Assembly (NCBI GenBank): GCA_002633005.1
Contig: NMRA01000190.1
Coordinates: 549,157-613,156 of the forward strand
From: Phoronis australis
Lineage: Eukaryota > Animalia > Phoronida
DNA length: 64,000 nucleotides
Direction of reading: 5' to 3'
Positions 25,360 through 36,890 of the stretch are shown here, piece by piece. The notes under the pieces are model-generated. The model was not told the origin of the DNA, did not search any database, and saw only the letters and a program-made list of their open reading frames with translations. Position 1 is the stretch's first letter. Each line of letters begins with the position of its first letter. Both the position numbers and the translations under genes were made by a program.

Positions 25360-26740
25360 GTTCTCTTCCACTCACTTTATCGTTGAATGTCGTTTTCAGT
25401 ATATTGTATCGTATTGGCGGCTGTCGTTTTTTGTGAAGGCCGTGCAAAGTTTCATCCGCATCCAAATTTAGGTGCCCAATATGCAAAATATTTGAATAAA
25501 ACTGATGATCAAATTCAATATACTACGTTAGCCAAGGTTGGGTGGTCTCCCACCACATTTGACTTCATCAGCCGATTTCATAACATTCCTTACCGTGATG
25601 GGACTTGGTTTTCGTTACCAACACGGATACTGAAACCATCAACGACTTACTTAAGAGTTTCAGGGTTTATTGGGGATAGCCAACCCTAAATTTGCGAATT
25701 CGAAAATGGCACATGTACGCATTACCTATGACTTGAATTGTCGACCCGTTCGGTAACAATTCAAGATCGGATAAGTGCGATAATGTTTAAACCCCAAAGC
25801 GCTTCGGTTAATAATTCAACACGAATAGGAAATGTCTCTACTGAACTGAATCAATCCCCGGCGTCGAAAGTTTCGGTGCGAAAGTTTCGACTAGTGTGCT
25901 GAAGACTAAATAAATAAGACACCTTCGGCAGATTTCTCATTCGTTTGAAAAATACCTTCAATGCGAATTCATGACATTTGGGCAAAACGGACATTTCGAT
26001 ATTTTTCTGATGTAGTTGTCTGTTATGCTGTAGGATGGAAAGTCTAAATCTGGTAGGCAAGACAACAACACTAATCCGAGCAACGTGCCAGCTGCTATTT
26101 CGGCTGTCGGTTCCAAGCTAAAACCAGAAGAGCTTTTTCCTCTTTTTCTTCCTGTGCATTAGCCAGCCACAACACCACTCCAGCGCGTTGGCAACGTCTT
26201 CGTAGGTTGGGCAAATTGGGCACTTAATGCTGAACGTCATGTACACTGCTATGATAAAACATTTCACAGTGTCCAGGATCAGCACGTGAACCACTAAGCA
26301 AACGAAAAATGTCACTAGCCATTGGTAGACGTACGTTGTTGGTAAGCGCCAAGCGTACGCAGAGACTATTATGAGACATATCACTCCTATGAAGAACTGT
26401 ATGATTAGCACCGGAAGTGCCACCCACGAGGCAATCCAGGGACCCTTGTCACATTCCGTGTAAACTTTTTCAACGTATCTTTTGTACGTTTCCTGTGTCA
26501 GTTGGTTGGCTTTAGTAGGAAATTTTGGAAACCATTTCTTTTTTGAGCGTAATTTATGACTCGGAAGATGGGGACCAACTTCCCAATTGATCATCGCATC
26601 CTTTGCTTCATCCATACTTGGCCTCACTTTAGAGACGATGTCGACCATATCTTCTATATTACCAGCTCGCACGTCCAGTTTACTCAGCCTATTCTTACTA
26701 ATGAAGACTGCTTTTCGCATTGTTTCGACGTCGTACTCAT
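25360..26740 (+). repeat. Near-identical duplicate of 27287-29278 (probable second haplotype)
   Basis: Collinear with scattered substitutions and one 611-bp indel. Both duplicate boundaries coincide with the edges of the N gap at 26741-27286. Confidence 0.9.
26118..26740 (-). CDS. 3' part of the polycystin-like 2-TM protein, second copy, truncated by the gap
   Basis: Intact frame EYDVETMRK...KKLFWF*, with a few amino-acid differences from 28656-29489. Confidence 0.6.
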
Positions 26741-27286
26741 NNNNNNNNNNNNNNNNNNNNNNNNNNNNNNNNNNNNNNNNNNNNNNNNNNNNNNNNNNNN
26801 NNNNNNNNNNNNNNNNNNNNNNNNNNNNNNNNNNNNNNNNNNNNNNNNNNNNNNNNNNNNNNNNNNNNNNNNNNNNNNNNNNNNNNNNNNNNNNNNNNNN
26901 NNNNNNNNNNNNNNNNNNNNNNNNNNNNNNNNNNNNNNNNNNNNNNNNNNNNNNNNNNNNNNNNNNNNNNNNNNNNNNNNNNNNNNNNNNNNNNNNNNNN
27001 NNNNNNNNNNNNNNNNNNNNNNNNNNNNNNNNNNNNNNNNNNNNNNNNNNNNNNNNNNNNNNNNNNNNNNNNNNNNNNNNNNNNNNNNNNNNNNNNNNNN
27101 NNNNNNNNNNNNNNNNNNNNNNNNNNNNNNNNNNNNNNNNNNNNNNNNNNNNNNNNNNNNNNNNNNNNNNNNNNNNNNNNNNNNNNNNNNNNNNNNNNNN
27201 NNNNNNNNNNNNNNNNNNNNNNNNNNNNNNNNNNNNNNNNNNNNNNNNNNNNNNNNNNNNNNNNNNNNNNNNNNNNNNNNNNNNNN
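26741..27286. other. Assembly gap
   Basis: Run of N. Confidence 1.
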
Positions 27287-27495
27287 GTTCTCTTCCACTC
27301 ACTTTATCGTTGAATGTCGTTTTCAGTATATTGTATCGTATTGGCGGCTGTCGTTTTTTGTGAAGGCCGTGCAAAGTTTCATCCGCATCCAAATTTAGGT
27401 GCCCAATATGCAAAATATTTGAATAAAACTGATGATCAAATTCAATATACTACGTTAGCCAAGGTTGGGTGGTCTCTCACCACATTTGACTTCAT

Positions 27496-28068
27496 CAGCC
27501 GATTTCATAAAGGTGGTTTAAAGTTAAACCTGGTTTAAACTGGACTTAGACCAGGTTTAAAGATAATCTGCATTTCATAAGATGGCTTAACTTAGACCAA
27601 TGATCTAGTAAAACCTGGTTTAACTCCAGTTTAGACCTGGTCTAAGTCAGTTTTCATTTCACCAACTAAGTCTTTATTCTTTAGACCTGTATTAAGATCT
27701 TAAACCAGGCGGCGATCGTCCGCTTTTGATCTTATTGTGGCCAAAAACTGATTTAGTCCTAATTTGCAGTTGATAAACCAACATTAAGGCTCAAAGTTCG
27801 AGTTTGAACTCAAAATTTCCAGTTTTTACTCGAGTTTGTAGCACGAATTTAAGGGTAGTTGGGAGCAAACTTGGGCTAGACACTCATGTGCATATTCTAT
27901 AATGTATTCGAGCACACTCTGACAACCACCTATATTGAGTTCGCTCAAAAGGAGTAGAGAAATTTGCCAATAATAATTTCGAGTTCGTTTGAGGACAAAG
28001 AATAGAGACCGGGCCCAGGTTTAAGTCTTGAACCTGGTTTTGTTAAACCACCTTTATGAAATCGGCTG
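27496..28068. mobile_element. 573 bp MITE, PIF/Harbinger-like
   Basis: Perfect 26-bp TIRs cagccgatttcataaaggtggtttaa / ttaaaccacctttatgaaatcggctg, with a 3-bp direct repeat CAT on each side and subterminal aaacctggtttaa repeats. The superfamily is inferred from the 3-bp TSD. Confidence 0.85.
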
Positions 28069-28655
28069 CATAAGTCTGCGTAATTAAGCCTATATGTCCT
28101 AATCATTAAGCTGCCTCGTAACATTCCTTACCGTGATGGGACTTGGTTTCCGTTACCAACACGGATACTAAAACCATCAACGACTTACTTAAGAGTTTCA
28201 GGGTTTATTGGGGATAGCCAACCCTAAATTTGCGAATTCGAAAATGACACATGTACGCATTACCTATGACTTGAATTGTCGACCCGTTCGGTAACAATTC
28301 AAGATCGGATAAGTGCGATTATAATGTTTAAACCCCAAAGCGCTTCGGTTGAGAATTCAACACGAATAGGAAATGTCTCTACTGAACTGAATCAATCCCC
28401 GGCGTCGAAAGTTTCGGTGCGAAAGTTTCGACTAGTGTGCTGAAGACTAAATAAATAAGACACCCTCGGCAGATTTCTCATTCGTTTGAAAAATACCTTC
28501 AATGCGAATTCATGACATTTGGGCATTACGGACATTTCGATATTTTTCTGATGTAGTGGTCTGTTATGTTGTAGGCTGGAAAGTCTAAATCTGGTAGGCA
28601 AGACAACAACACTAATCCGAGCAACGTGCCAGCTGCTATTTCTGTCGGTTCCAAG

Positions 28656-29489
28656 CTAAAACCAGAAGAGCTTTTTCCTCTTTTTCTTCCTGTGCATTAG
28701 CCAGCCACAACACCACTCCAGCGCGTTGGCAAAGTCTTCGTAGGTTGGGCAAATTGGACACTTAATGCTGAACGTCATGTACACTGCAATGATAAAACAT
28801 TTCACAGTGTCCAGGATCAGCACGTGAACCACTAAGCAAACGAAAAATGTCACCAGCCATTGGTAGACGTAAGTTGTTGGTAAGCGCCAAGCGTACGCAG
28901 AGACTATTATGAGACATATCACTCCTATGAAGAACTGTATGATTAGCACCGGAAGTGCCACCCACGAGGCAATCCAGGGACCCTTGTCGCATTCCGTGTA
29001 AACTTTTTCAACGTATCTTTTGTAAGTTTCCTGCGTCAGTTGGTTGGCTTTAGTAGGAAATTTTGGAAACCATTTCTTTTTTGAGCGTAATTTATGATTC
29101 AGAAGATGGGGACCAACTGCCCAATTGACCATCGCATCCTTCGCTTCATCCATACTTGGCCTCACTTTAGATACGATGTCGACCATATCTTCTATATTAC
29201 CAGCTCGCACATCTAGTTTACTCAGCCTATTCTTACTAATGAAGATCGCTTTTCGCATTGTTTCGACGTCGTACTCATCAATGAGTGGAACCGCTGATCT
29301 GAAATTAGAGTACAGCTGAGCCATACACTTCTTGCATTGTTCTTTGACGGCATATTCGCCATACTGGCGCAGGAAGACATTGATGGGCCACTCGGTAATA
29401 CCCTCCTTGGATCGTACGTCGCTCAAACTACTACTGGTTAGAGACACCTTTTTACCACTGAGAGACACCTTTTTCGCCTTTTGCGACAT
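28656..29489 (-). CDS. Intronless 277-aa membrane protein; C-terminal part resembles the TM4-TM5 segment of polycystin-1-like (PKD1L) proteins
   Basis: Open frame from ATG 29489, conserved in the second copy. Hydrophobic segments WVALPVLIIQFFIGVICLIIVSAYAW and QWLVTFFVCLVVHVLILDTVKCFIIAVYMTF match my recollection of the PKD1-family pattern Y..........qWl.s...s......i.qp.K....a. The family call is by eye. Confidence 0.7.
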   Translation of the reverse strand: MSQKAKKVSLSGKKVSLTSSSLSDVRSKEGITEWPINVFLRQYGEYAVKEQCKKCMAQLYSNFRSAVPLIDEYDVETMRKAIFISKNRLSKLDVRAGNIEDMVDIVSKVRPSMDEAKDAMVNWAVGPHLLNHKLRSKKKWFPKFPTKANQLTQETYKRYVEKVYTECDKGPWIASWVALPVLIIQFFIGVICLIIVSAYAWRLPTTYVYQWLVTFFVCLVVHVLILDTVKCFIIAVYMTFSIKCPICPTYEDFANALEWCCGWLMHRKKKRKKLFWF

Positions 29490-29722
29490 GGTTACAATAA
29501 TGACGTGACGTGACAATTGTGCATTTCATTGTTAAATCCCAGGAAACAGCCAACAACTTTTTAGCATTGTCGTTGAGCAGTCCGCACTAATACACTGCAA
29601 ATGTTGGACCACTTCACTGAGCACTGGTGCCAAATTTCACATGTTTAGATTATCTCGGTCTAAAATCGTCATGAATTATATGGCAACGCTTGCGAGAATA
29701 GGAATTCAGGCAATCACCTATA

Positions 29723-29798
29723 GGGGTACCGGATTTTGAAAACCAATTTTATGGCTGTAATTTAGTAGAGAAAATTGGTTCTCAAAATGCGGGACCCC
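29723..29798. repeat. Short palindromic MITE-like element, copy 3, followed by a degenerate CTATAGGA-rich tract (to ~29955)
   Basis: ggggtaccggattttgaaaaccaatttt ... aaaattggttctcaaaatgcgggacccc. Confidence 0.6.
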
Positions 29799-31064
29799 AG
29801 TGCCTATAGGAGTATAGATATTTTATAGTATCTTACAGGAATAAAATCCTATAGAAATCGCTATAGAATTCCCATAGGAATGTAACTATCTTGTAGCAAA
29901 CATTCTATAGAATCTCCTGTAGCCATGTAAATATCCTACGGGGTCTTATAGGAAAAAATGTGTTGAATTTCTTTTGGGAAGGAATGACCATGTCAAGATG
30001 AAATGTCGTGAAACCGATACGAGGAAAATTTTCTGTTTCACTAGAACCGTAAATTTACCTCTTATCTGACATATTTCACTAATGTTGTCTATTTTTAACT
30101 CATCTGACATATTTCACTTATGCAGATTCTGTGAGGTCCGTCTCGATCTTTTTGTTTTCCATCAGATTACTCCGTGTCCGACTTTTCCTGTTTCATCCGA
30201 CTTCTTCTGCCCCATCTCGCCCCGACCCTACCCCATGCATTCCGATGATCCATTGTAAAACAACTACCGATAGGCTTATTGCTAAACCAGCTGCAGCGCT
30301 CATTTGTTGAGAAGTGATAGGTAGCAGAAAATGCTTGAACCGTGGAAAATAATGTACACATTTCAAATATTAAGGTGGGTACAAAATACCGTTTTTCAAC
30401 ACCGAAACTTAGTGTCTAGGGAAAAATTGACAACCATGTGATGCCGGCCAGTGTAACATTTTGAAAGTATGATCGTCCGATGTTAGTAGGTGTTAAATTT
30501 TTACAAAAAACGGGCGAATTTATGGATTGCCGGTTTGCTTGGTATGGCCGTCAGTTATAAACACTCGTCATGGTACAGTTCCAACTGAAGTAATGAAAAA
30601 TGATTCCTCAAATATAAGCATGATACAAGTACATTTCTCATTTATTAAAGTTTAGTTTACTTTATCATTGTTTATTTTATGACTTTTTCATCGATAGGCT
30701 AAACGCTACTGACTTTAAAACTTCTAAAATCTACGTACTGGCAGCGAAGACTTTTGCGATTTATTAAGCCAGTTTTTAAGAAATATTCCTAAGAAGTCGA
30801 GATATTGCTTTGTTCGAGTCAGTAACAAAATATCGTGATCTTAAAAAAATGTTCATTTCCAATGGCGTATTGCTGCAATCTCATCTTGTATCGTGACAAT
30901 TTTGTGGCCCGCGGCTGAACAAGAATTACCTCCCCCGTTTTATTTTCAATTATACCTCCGTGTGTAAAGAGTATCTGAACATGCGCATAGCAAACTAGTC
31001 CGCCAGCCGCTGCTAAAAAAAAACTACTGTTTACTACAAAAATCCCACTGGCAGTGAATGTGCA

Positions 31065-34000
31065 ATGAATCCGGCTGCCATACCTGTTCCCGTGGAAGAC
31101 GTACAGGGCGATGGGCGATGGATGTCCTGCGTAAGTCAATGTTCACAGCAATTTTCATTTAACATTTATTCAGCCATTCCACTGCACACCCAATCGCCGG
31201 CCATCATGATTACGTGATTCTGATAGGCTACCCTCTTGCCACTGCCTGGTTCAGTATTTACTGTCACCAGTTTGTGTTTTTTGTTAGTTGGTGTCATCGT
31301 TGGCACGATTGGCAATGTGGAATTATAAATGTTGTAATTAAACTACATTGCTCAGGCTTACTATTTCTGGTCTGACAGAGTTATTGTGTGGCCCTTGACT
31401 TAGTGCAATGGCTTATCTGCTTTACATGATACTGATCCTCTGCCCTGGATTACCCTGACGTAAATACTCTTGAACACACTTGAATGATGCATGGAAGCTC
31501 TCTGAAGTGTCTTGTCTCTGCTTAGTCACAAGATAGAAGCCCTATTATTACTACAAACTGCAGTTATACACTCACAATCTGGCAAGATAAACAGATACAC
31601 AGTCATTGACTGTCCCACATCATTCACTAACAAGCATGAATGAACACACAGACTTCTCGGCGTCAACTCTGTCACCCTGAACTGTTGCTCTGTAGGGATT
31701 CTAAGCTCCAAGGGTGTGATGTAAACTTGGAGGGATGTCACTACCGTTGATGCACTGGAGTGCGTTCACTACACCTAGTATATAATGTTCTGCCAAACTG
31801 TTTGGCTGATACAGTGATAGCCAACCAGATCAGCTCCATCAAAAGTCCAGACTTGACAGCCCAATTTGCATTTTTGGGTGATTTTTATACGTGGAATCTC
31901 TGGGAAACTTATCACGTGAGCGAATCACAAGACAAGATCAAGGATGAATGACGTTGATCATTACAACTGGATCATCATGTCTTGGAAATCCAGGCTGTTT
32001 TTGATCCCCAAAGGAGTCCCTTACAGGGTCCCAGAGTTTGAGAACCCCTTACAGAAAAATCCACTAGTACCTAGAGTCTTGGTACTAATGAAATTTTCAA
32101 CATTGGTGCCCAACTACTAGTACGCCAAGATGCACAAAAATTCTGAGATGTATGTAAGTCTTCTAGTTGACGGATGTAGAGGGTGCTGGCTTGATGGTGG
32201 TGGATCCAAAACACGGAGAGATAATTGCTAAGGGCAAGTTCCAGGATGATGGGAGTGTTGCCTTACAGGACGCCAGTAGTGTTGCTGAGCAAAGCCGTAG
32301 CCAGGAGACACACTTGCAAAAGGGTTCACTTTTTGGGTTGAAACTCCACAACAGAATTTTGTACAGAAGACAAGTGGACCACAGGCAATCAATAACATTT
32401 TACTGTCTAGATCCTGGTGAAGAGATGACATTGCGTACCAGAGCCGTCATTCTACAGCACATCTCATGAAACTTCACAACTGGAGGAGAGTTTACTATGT
32501 AGTAGTTTGTACAAATAATGACATACGTAGGACTAACCTGATATTGGACACTTGGGAAATGTGATGCGAGTGCGCTCAATGGAGTATGGTTTTTGGAACT
32601 CTTCGACTCACCGAGTGCATAAAGTATTAGTTTCTTGAACCCTCTTCCTGTAACTTTACAGAAATGTTGATATTTTTTATTTGCCTGTACCATGATCTAT
32701 TCAATTTTACAAAAAATAATTGACAAAATTGTAATAAATAATTCAATTATGGTTTGTTGCTTTTATTTGAAACTGAAAAATGTCAATCATTAAGCTTTGA
32801 CTTTTGATAAAAGTGCAGACCATTTCCACGTTAAAGGCAAGTTACATTTGTGAATGATGATAGAATTCCAGTTGTTCACCATATTGTGTGCTAAATTAAA
32901 GAGCGTTGCTTACCACAGCAGCGTGTGTGAACTTTCATGGGGCTCTTTCACAATTAAAATTTAGCACATCTTTAAAATTTATGAATGTTCACATATTGTA
33001 TTACGTATTTCTTTTTTAAAGAGGCCTGGAATACAGTAAACTTTGTAATATTGAAAGTGACTCTCTGCCACTGAAACAGAATTCAACTGGCTCACTGAGT
33101 TTTTTGTAAAGATTATTAATTTCTGTAGGTATCAAAGCATGTTCTTTTAGTTTCATATTTCAAAAAAAACCGATTTGTCAACTGCTTGCGATTTCGTTGA
33201 TTTTTCTCAACACAAGGCAAATTATTTGGTATGGCAAGACAGATATGTAGCACATCTCCCTTATATGGAAAATGTGACCTTTGGCCTCAAGCAACTGACT
33301 GAGCGCATTTATCATAAGTGGGAGGGAGACTAGAAACTCTGTGGTAACCACAGAGTTTTCCCTTTGCAGGTATTTCAAAAATCGTGAATTTTGTGTTTTT
33401 TTTGGAAATTTGTCACAGGGGGGATTAAATTACTGTGATGCGAGATTGTGCTTTCGTCAGGAATTATTTAAAAGATATTCTTTTACGAGCTTCCGCATTC
33501 CATGCCTCTTTAATGGTAATATTTCGGATTTTTCGGTGCCTCATTTGTTGTGGCAAATGTGCTAATTGGATAGCTGAAGGGAAAAACAAACTTGTGTCAT
33601 ACATTGTTAGCAGGCCAGATGTCAAAGTTATTGAGAGGCTGGTGCGTGTTTGCATACACGACAGGTTTCAGATTTCATCGACGTTTTGTTGTACTAGATA
33701 GAATACAGTCCAAACAATTGTTTATGTTCACTCTAAACGGGTGGGGTTCCATCTTGCCGACTCTCTGATGGGTGAGTTCATGTAATTTATCTACAGTTTT
33801 AGAACAGTTCTACCAGATGCTTAAAAGGTTATACCCTTATGTCAAGATCAAAGTTCTATTTCTAATAACATTGTAATACGGTAATTGTTACTTTTATTCT
33901 TTTGAGATCCCAATATCATGTAAAACACAACACAGTAATTGTTTTGTTTGGGTGGAAAGGTCTAAGCATCTAATATTTATTTTACACTCTGTCAATTTTT

Positions 34001-36890
34001 GAAAGTGAGTTGTGTAGAGATGCGTGTGGAAATGCGTTTTAAGTTTTTCAACTTTCGCTTTTGCATTATGGTCAAGATTCCAACTTTGTAGCTCGCAACC
34101 CAGTGAAGGTCAAAATTGAATTGAAGAGCAAACTGTGTGCTGAACTCTTCTTGTTTACCTTTGACTTTCCCAGGTGTTTGAATAGACTGTTCGTAGTGTG
34201 AATTTGTTTGATATAATTGACCAGTGCTTATTTATATTTCAGCATTTACGTTACGTAGCTGAAGCTAAAGAGAAAGAGCCAGAAGTTGTATTCATTGGGG
34301 ACTCATTAGTTCAACATTTAGCTCAGACTGAGGTGAGGAGTTGAAAAACTTGTGAACATGTCATTTTTTCTCAGTCCTATTTGAATTCAAATTCAAGTCA
34401 GAGAAGAGATTCATCAGCTGCGATTGTTCACGGAGTTCCACTTGATCCCAAGATCATGTCCGCATATATAATAACATATACAATAAGTTCATGCATACAC
34501 AATCTTGAGATTAAGCAAAATTCCAAGTTCAAGCACAACTAATCATTCAGTTGTAGAAATCTATTAACTTCGTTACCTCCAAGGCGCTGCTTCTCGCCAT
34601 AATAAAGAACAAAAAGGTTTCTACCAAAAGTCATGAACCAAAGCAATGGTGGTGCACCACAAGACTTTAAAGGGTAATTTAAGAACTCGTGCAACGCCAT
34701 CTGTGAGGAGATTCTAAGTATTACAGGGTCAATAATTTGGCTACTTTTGAAACATGTATTATTTCTGTCTGCTGTGACAGGTGTGGGAGAAAATGTTTGA
34801 GCCACTACACTGCTTGAATTTTGGAATCGGTGCGGACCAGACGCAACATGTGCTGTGGAGGATCCAGAATGGAGAGTTTGATAATATAAGTCCCAAGGTG
34901 AGGAAATGAATGAAAAATCAAAAACGAAGAAAGAGATGCATTATTGTTTTTCAGTATGTCAGTAATAATTGTTATATATGCTTAACCTGGCCGCTTTGTA
35001 TGATAGTTTTGCTATTGTCGTGGTACATGTTGTGTAAGCACACGTTTCCCTGTACACCTGTGGAGTGCAATACATTTGTAGTGGCCATTTTGATGTTATG
35101 TTTATTTTGTCAGTTTAATAACCAGGAATTAACCAATAACTGGATTGGCTGAGGCTGTAGGTTAAGACAGGATGTTACAGTGAAGTGCAGAAACTCATTT
35201 TTGATTCTTTCTACAGCATAAATTTTTGATAGTTTTTTATTTTACTTTCAAAAATTTATATGAGTTATTGAAAAGCTATTGTTGGTTTAAGTGCATATTT
35301 GTAATGCTTATTAAGGTGGTTATATTGTTTAAATATCTCCTGACGTGTCACGTCTGTGGTAGGGATAGTCACTATTTCACATAGTTATCGTAGATTGTTG
35401 TAGTTTTTATAAAACTGTTTTAAATACCTGCACGTGACTTAATGCACACCCACTGTTTTTTTTTTATTTTCTCAATGTATATACCCACACAAGTTAATAT
35501 TGTGAATATATTATCAACTTAAAAGAGGTCGTGCAAAAACCTTCAAATGCACCTCATTATAAACTTGTTTTTATAGTGTTCTATTTCTCAGTTATAATAA
35601 AGGCATAGCTCTATCTTTCTCCCTGTTATTCACTGTAAAATCTCAGTAATTTAGCACTCTACATGATGGACGAGTGATATTTTTGATTTTCATTTTTTCT
35701 TAAAAGATGAGTTACAGTAGCATGGAATAATTCCTTATCATTGTTAACCATAGTTACCGTTGGCAACATAGCCGGAAGCCTTTGAAAAAACAATTTTAAC
35801 TATTATTTTTGTCCAAAAATTCTCTTACTAGATGTCGTGTGTACACTAGGCCATTGAGCGTTCTTCATTGTGATTCTATTTGCAGGTGGTGATCGTGTCA
35901 GTAGGAACTAATAACCACACCAGCTCAGCTGATCAAGTGGTCGGTGGCATACTGGAAATAGTCAACACTTTAAAAAGAATACAGCCTCAGGCACAAGTCA
36001 TGGTAGTGGTAAGTGACATCATTATATGTTTAGTTACAATCAAAATGCCTGATTGATATTGTTAGCTCATTTGTAACATTTAAATAAAATTTCACTAATT
36101 GATTTGGTTACTGTTAACTGTGGGTATTTTAAACGTTTTTAAATATCTCTGGATTTTTGTTGTAATGCTGTATTTCTGGTGTGTTGCCTCGTCATGAAAT
36201 ACACTTTTCTCATTGGTGAGGAAAGACAACGAACTTGCTTTGACTTCGGCCACAATTTCATTGGCTAAGATTTGTTTGTGTTTTAAAGTTGCGGTTAAGA
36301 ATTTGAGCTGTGTATTTGTTGTGGTATTGTCAAAGTAACACGCGGCTGTGTACTGCATGTTTTGGTGCACACCAACGTTCTCCCTCACAATCCTATACAT
36401 TTACTCCACAGTCTTTTTCTCCAACATACTGTTGTTGATGAAAAAGATGGTTTAGAAATATTCAGTCAATCCATTCTCTCACTTTCAATGAGGCATGTTA
36501 AAAAAACGTCCAGCTTCCAAATACACAGTTGTGAACTATGTTGTGCTAGTCACTGACCTACATTGCTGTCTGATTTGCTATTTTTTGAATTGGTCACCAT
36601 TGTCTCCCTCATAGGGTATTCCACCAAGGGGTCAAACTCACAATCCACTAAGAGATAAAATTGCCAACATCAATGTGTCGCTAGCAGCCCAACTCCACAG
36701 CGTTGCCAATGTCTCGTTTCTCAACGTCGATCCAAGCATCTTCCTTAGCTCGTCAGATGGCAGCATCAGTCACAATGATATGTATGATTATCTGCACTTC
36801 ACTCAAGTCGGCTATCAGAAATTGTGCGAACCTATATTGGACTTGTTACAAGATCTACTGAAAACCTTCGTCAAGTGTGAAAGCGTTTGA
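31065..36890 (+). CDS. PAFAH1B2: Platelet-activating factor acetylhydrolase IB alpha subunit (SGNH hydrolase), 223 aa
   Basis: Exons 31065-31130 (MNPAAIPVPVEDVQGDGRWMSC), 34243-34332 (VVFIGDSLVQ, catalytic Ser), 34781-34897 (LNFGIGADQTQHVLWRI), 35886-36008 (VGTNNH), 36615-36890 (PPRG...NPLR...DMYDYLHFT, catalytic Asp/His). All introns are GT-AG, phase 0. Likely co-ortholog of PAFAH1B2 and PAFAH1B3. Confidence 0.95.
31520..32469 (+). pseudogene. Coding-like island in PAFAH1B intron 1 with ubiquitin-like-domain motifs: decayed multi-Ubl gene or unusual nested gene
   Basis: Overlapping open segments in different frames: PIITTNCSYTLTIWQDKQI, ELLLCRDSKLQGCDVNLEG...*...SLHLVY, VIFIRGISGKLIT*, and a 100-codon ORF at 32167-32469 with EIIAKGKFQDDG..LQD...LQKGSLFGLKL. 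These recall the ubiquitin IFVKTLTGKTIT and LIFAGKQLEDG.TLSD..IQKESTLHLV motifs. AATAAA at 32733-32738. Similarity is weak and by eye. Confidence 0.4.

Noticed and set aside
25387-25689. ORF with a signal-peptide-like start (MSFSVYCIVLAAVVFCEG)
   Set aside because: The other copy diverges at the MITE junction, so the frame depends on the deletion; no recognisable homology.
26118-27413. Long ORFs running through the first N gap
   Set aside because: Artefacts of translating N; only the 26118-26740 part is real coding sequence.
32510-32625. SECIS element for the in-frame TGA at 31748
   Set aside because: The ATGA/GTGA...GA candidates give only a poorly paired helix II by eye. Not supportable without SECISearch.
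33768-33777. ATG followed by a strong donor (gatgg|gtgagt) as the PAFAH1B start exon
   Set aside because: The conserved N-terminal exon is at 31065-31130, and this site is out of phase with exon 2.
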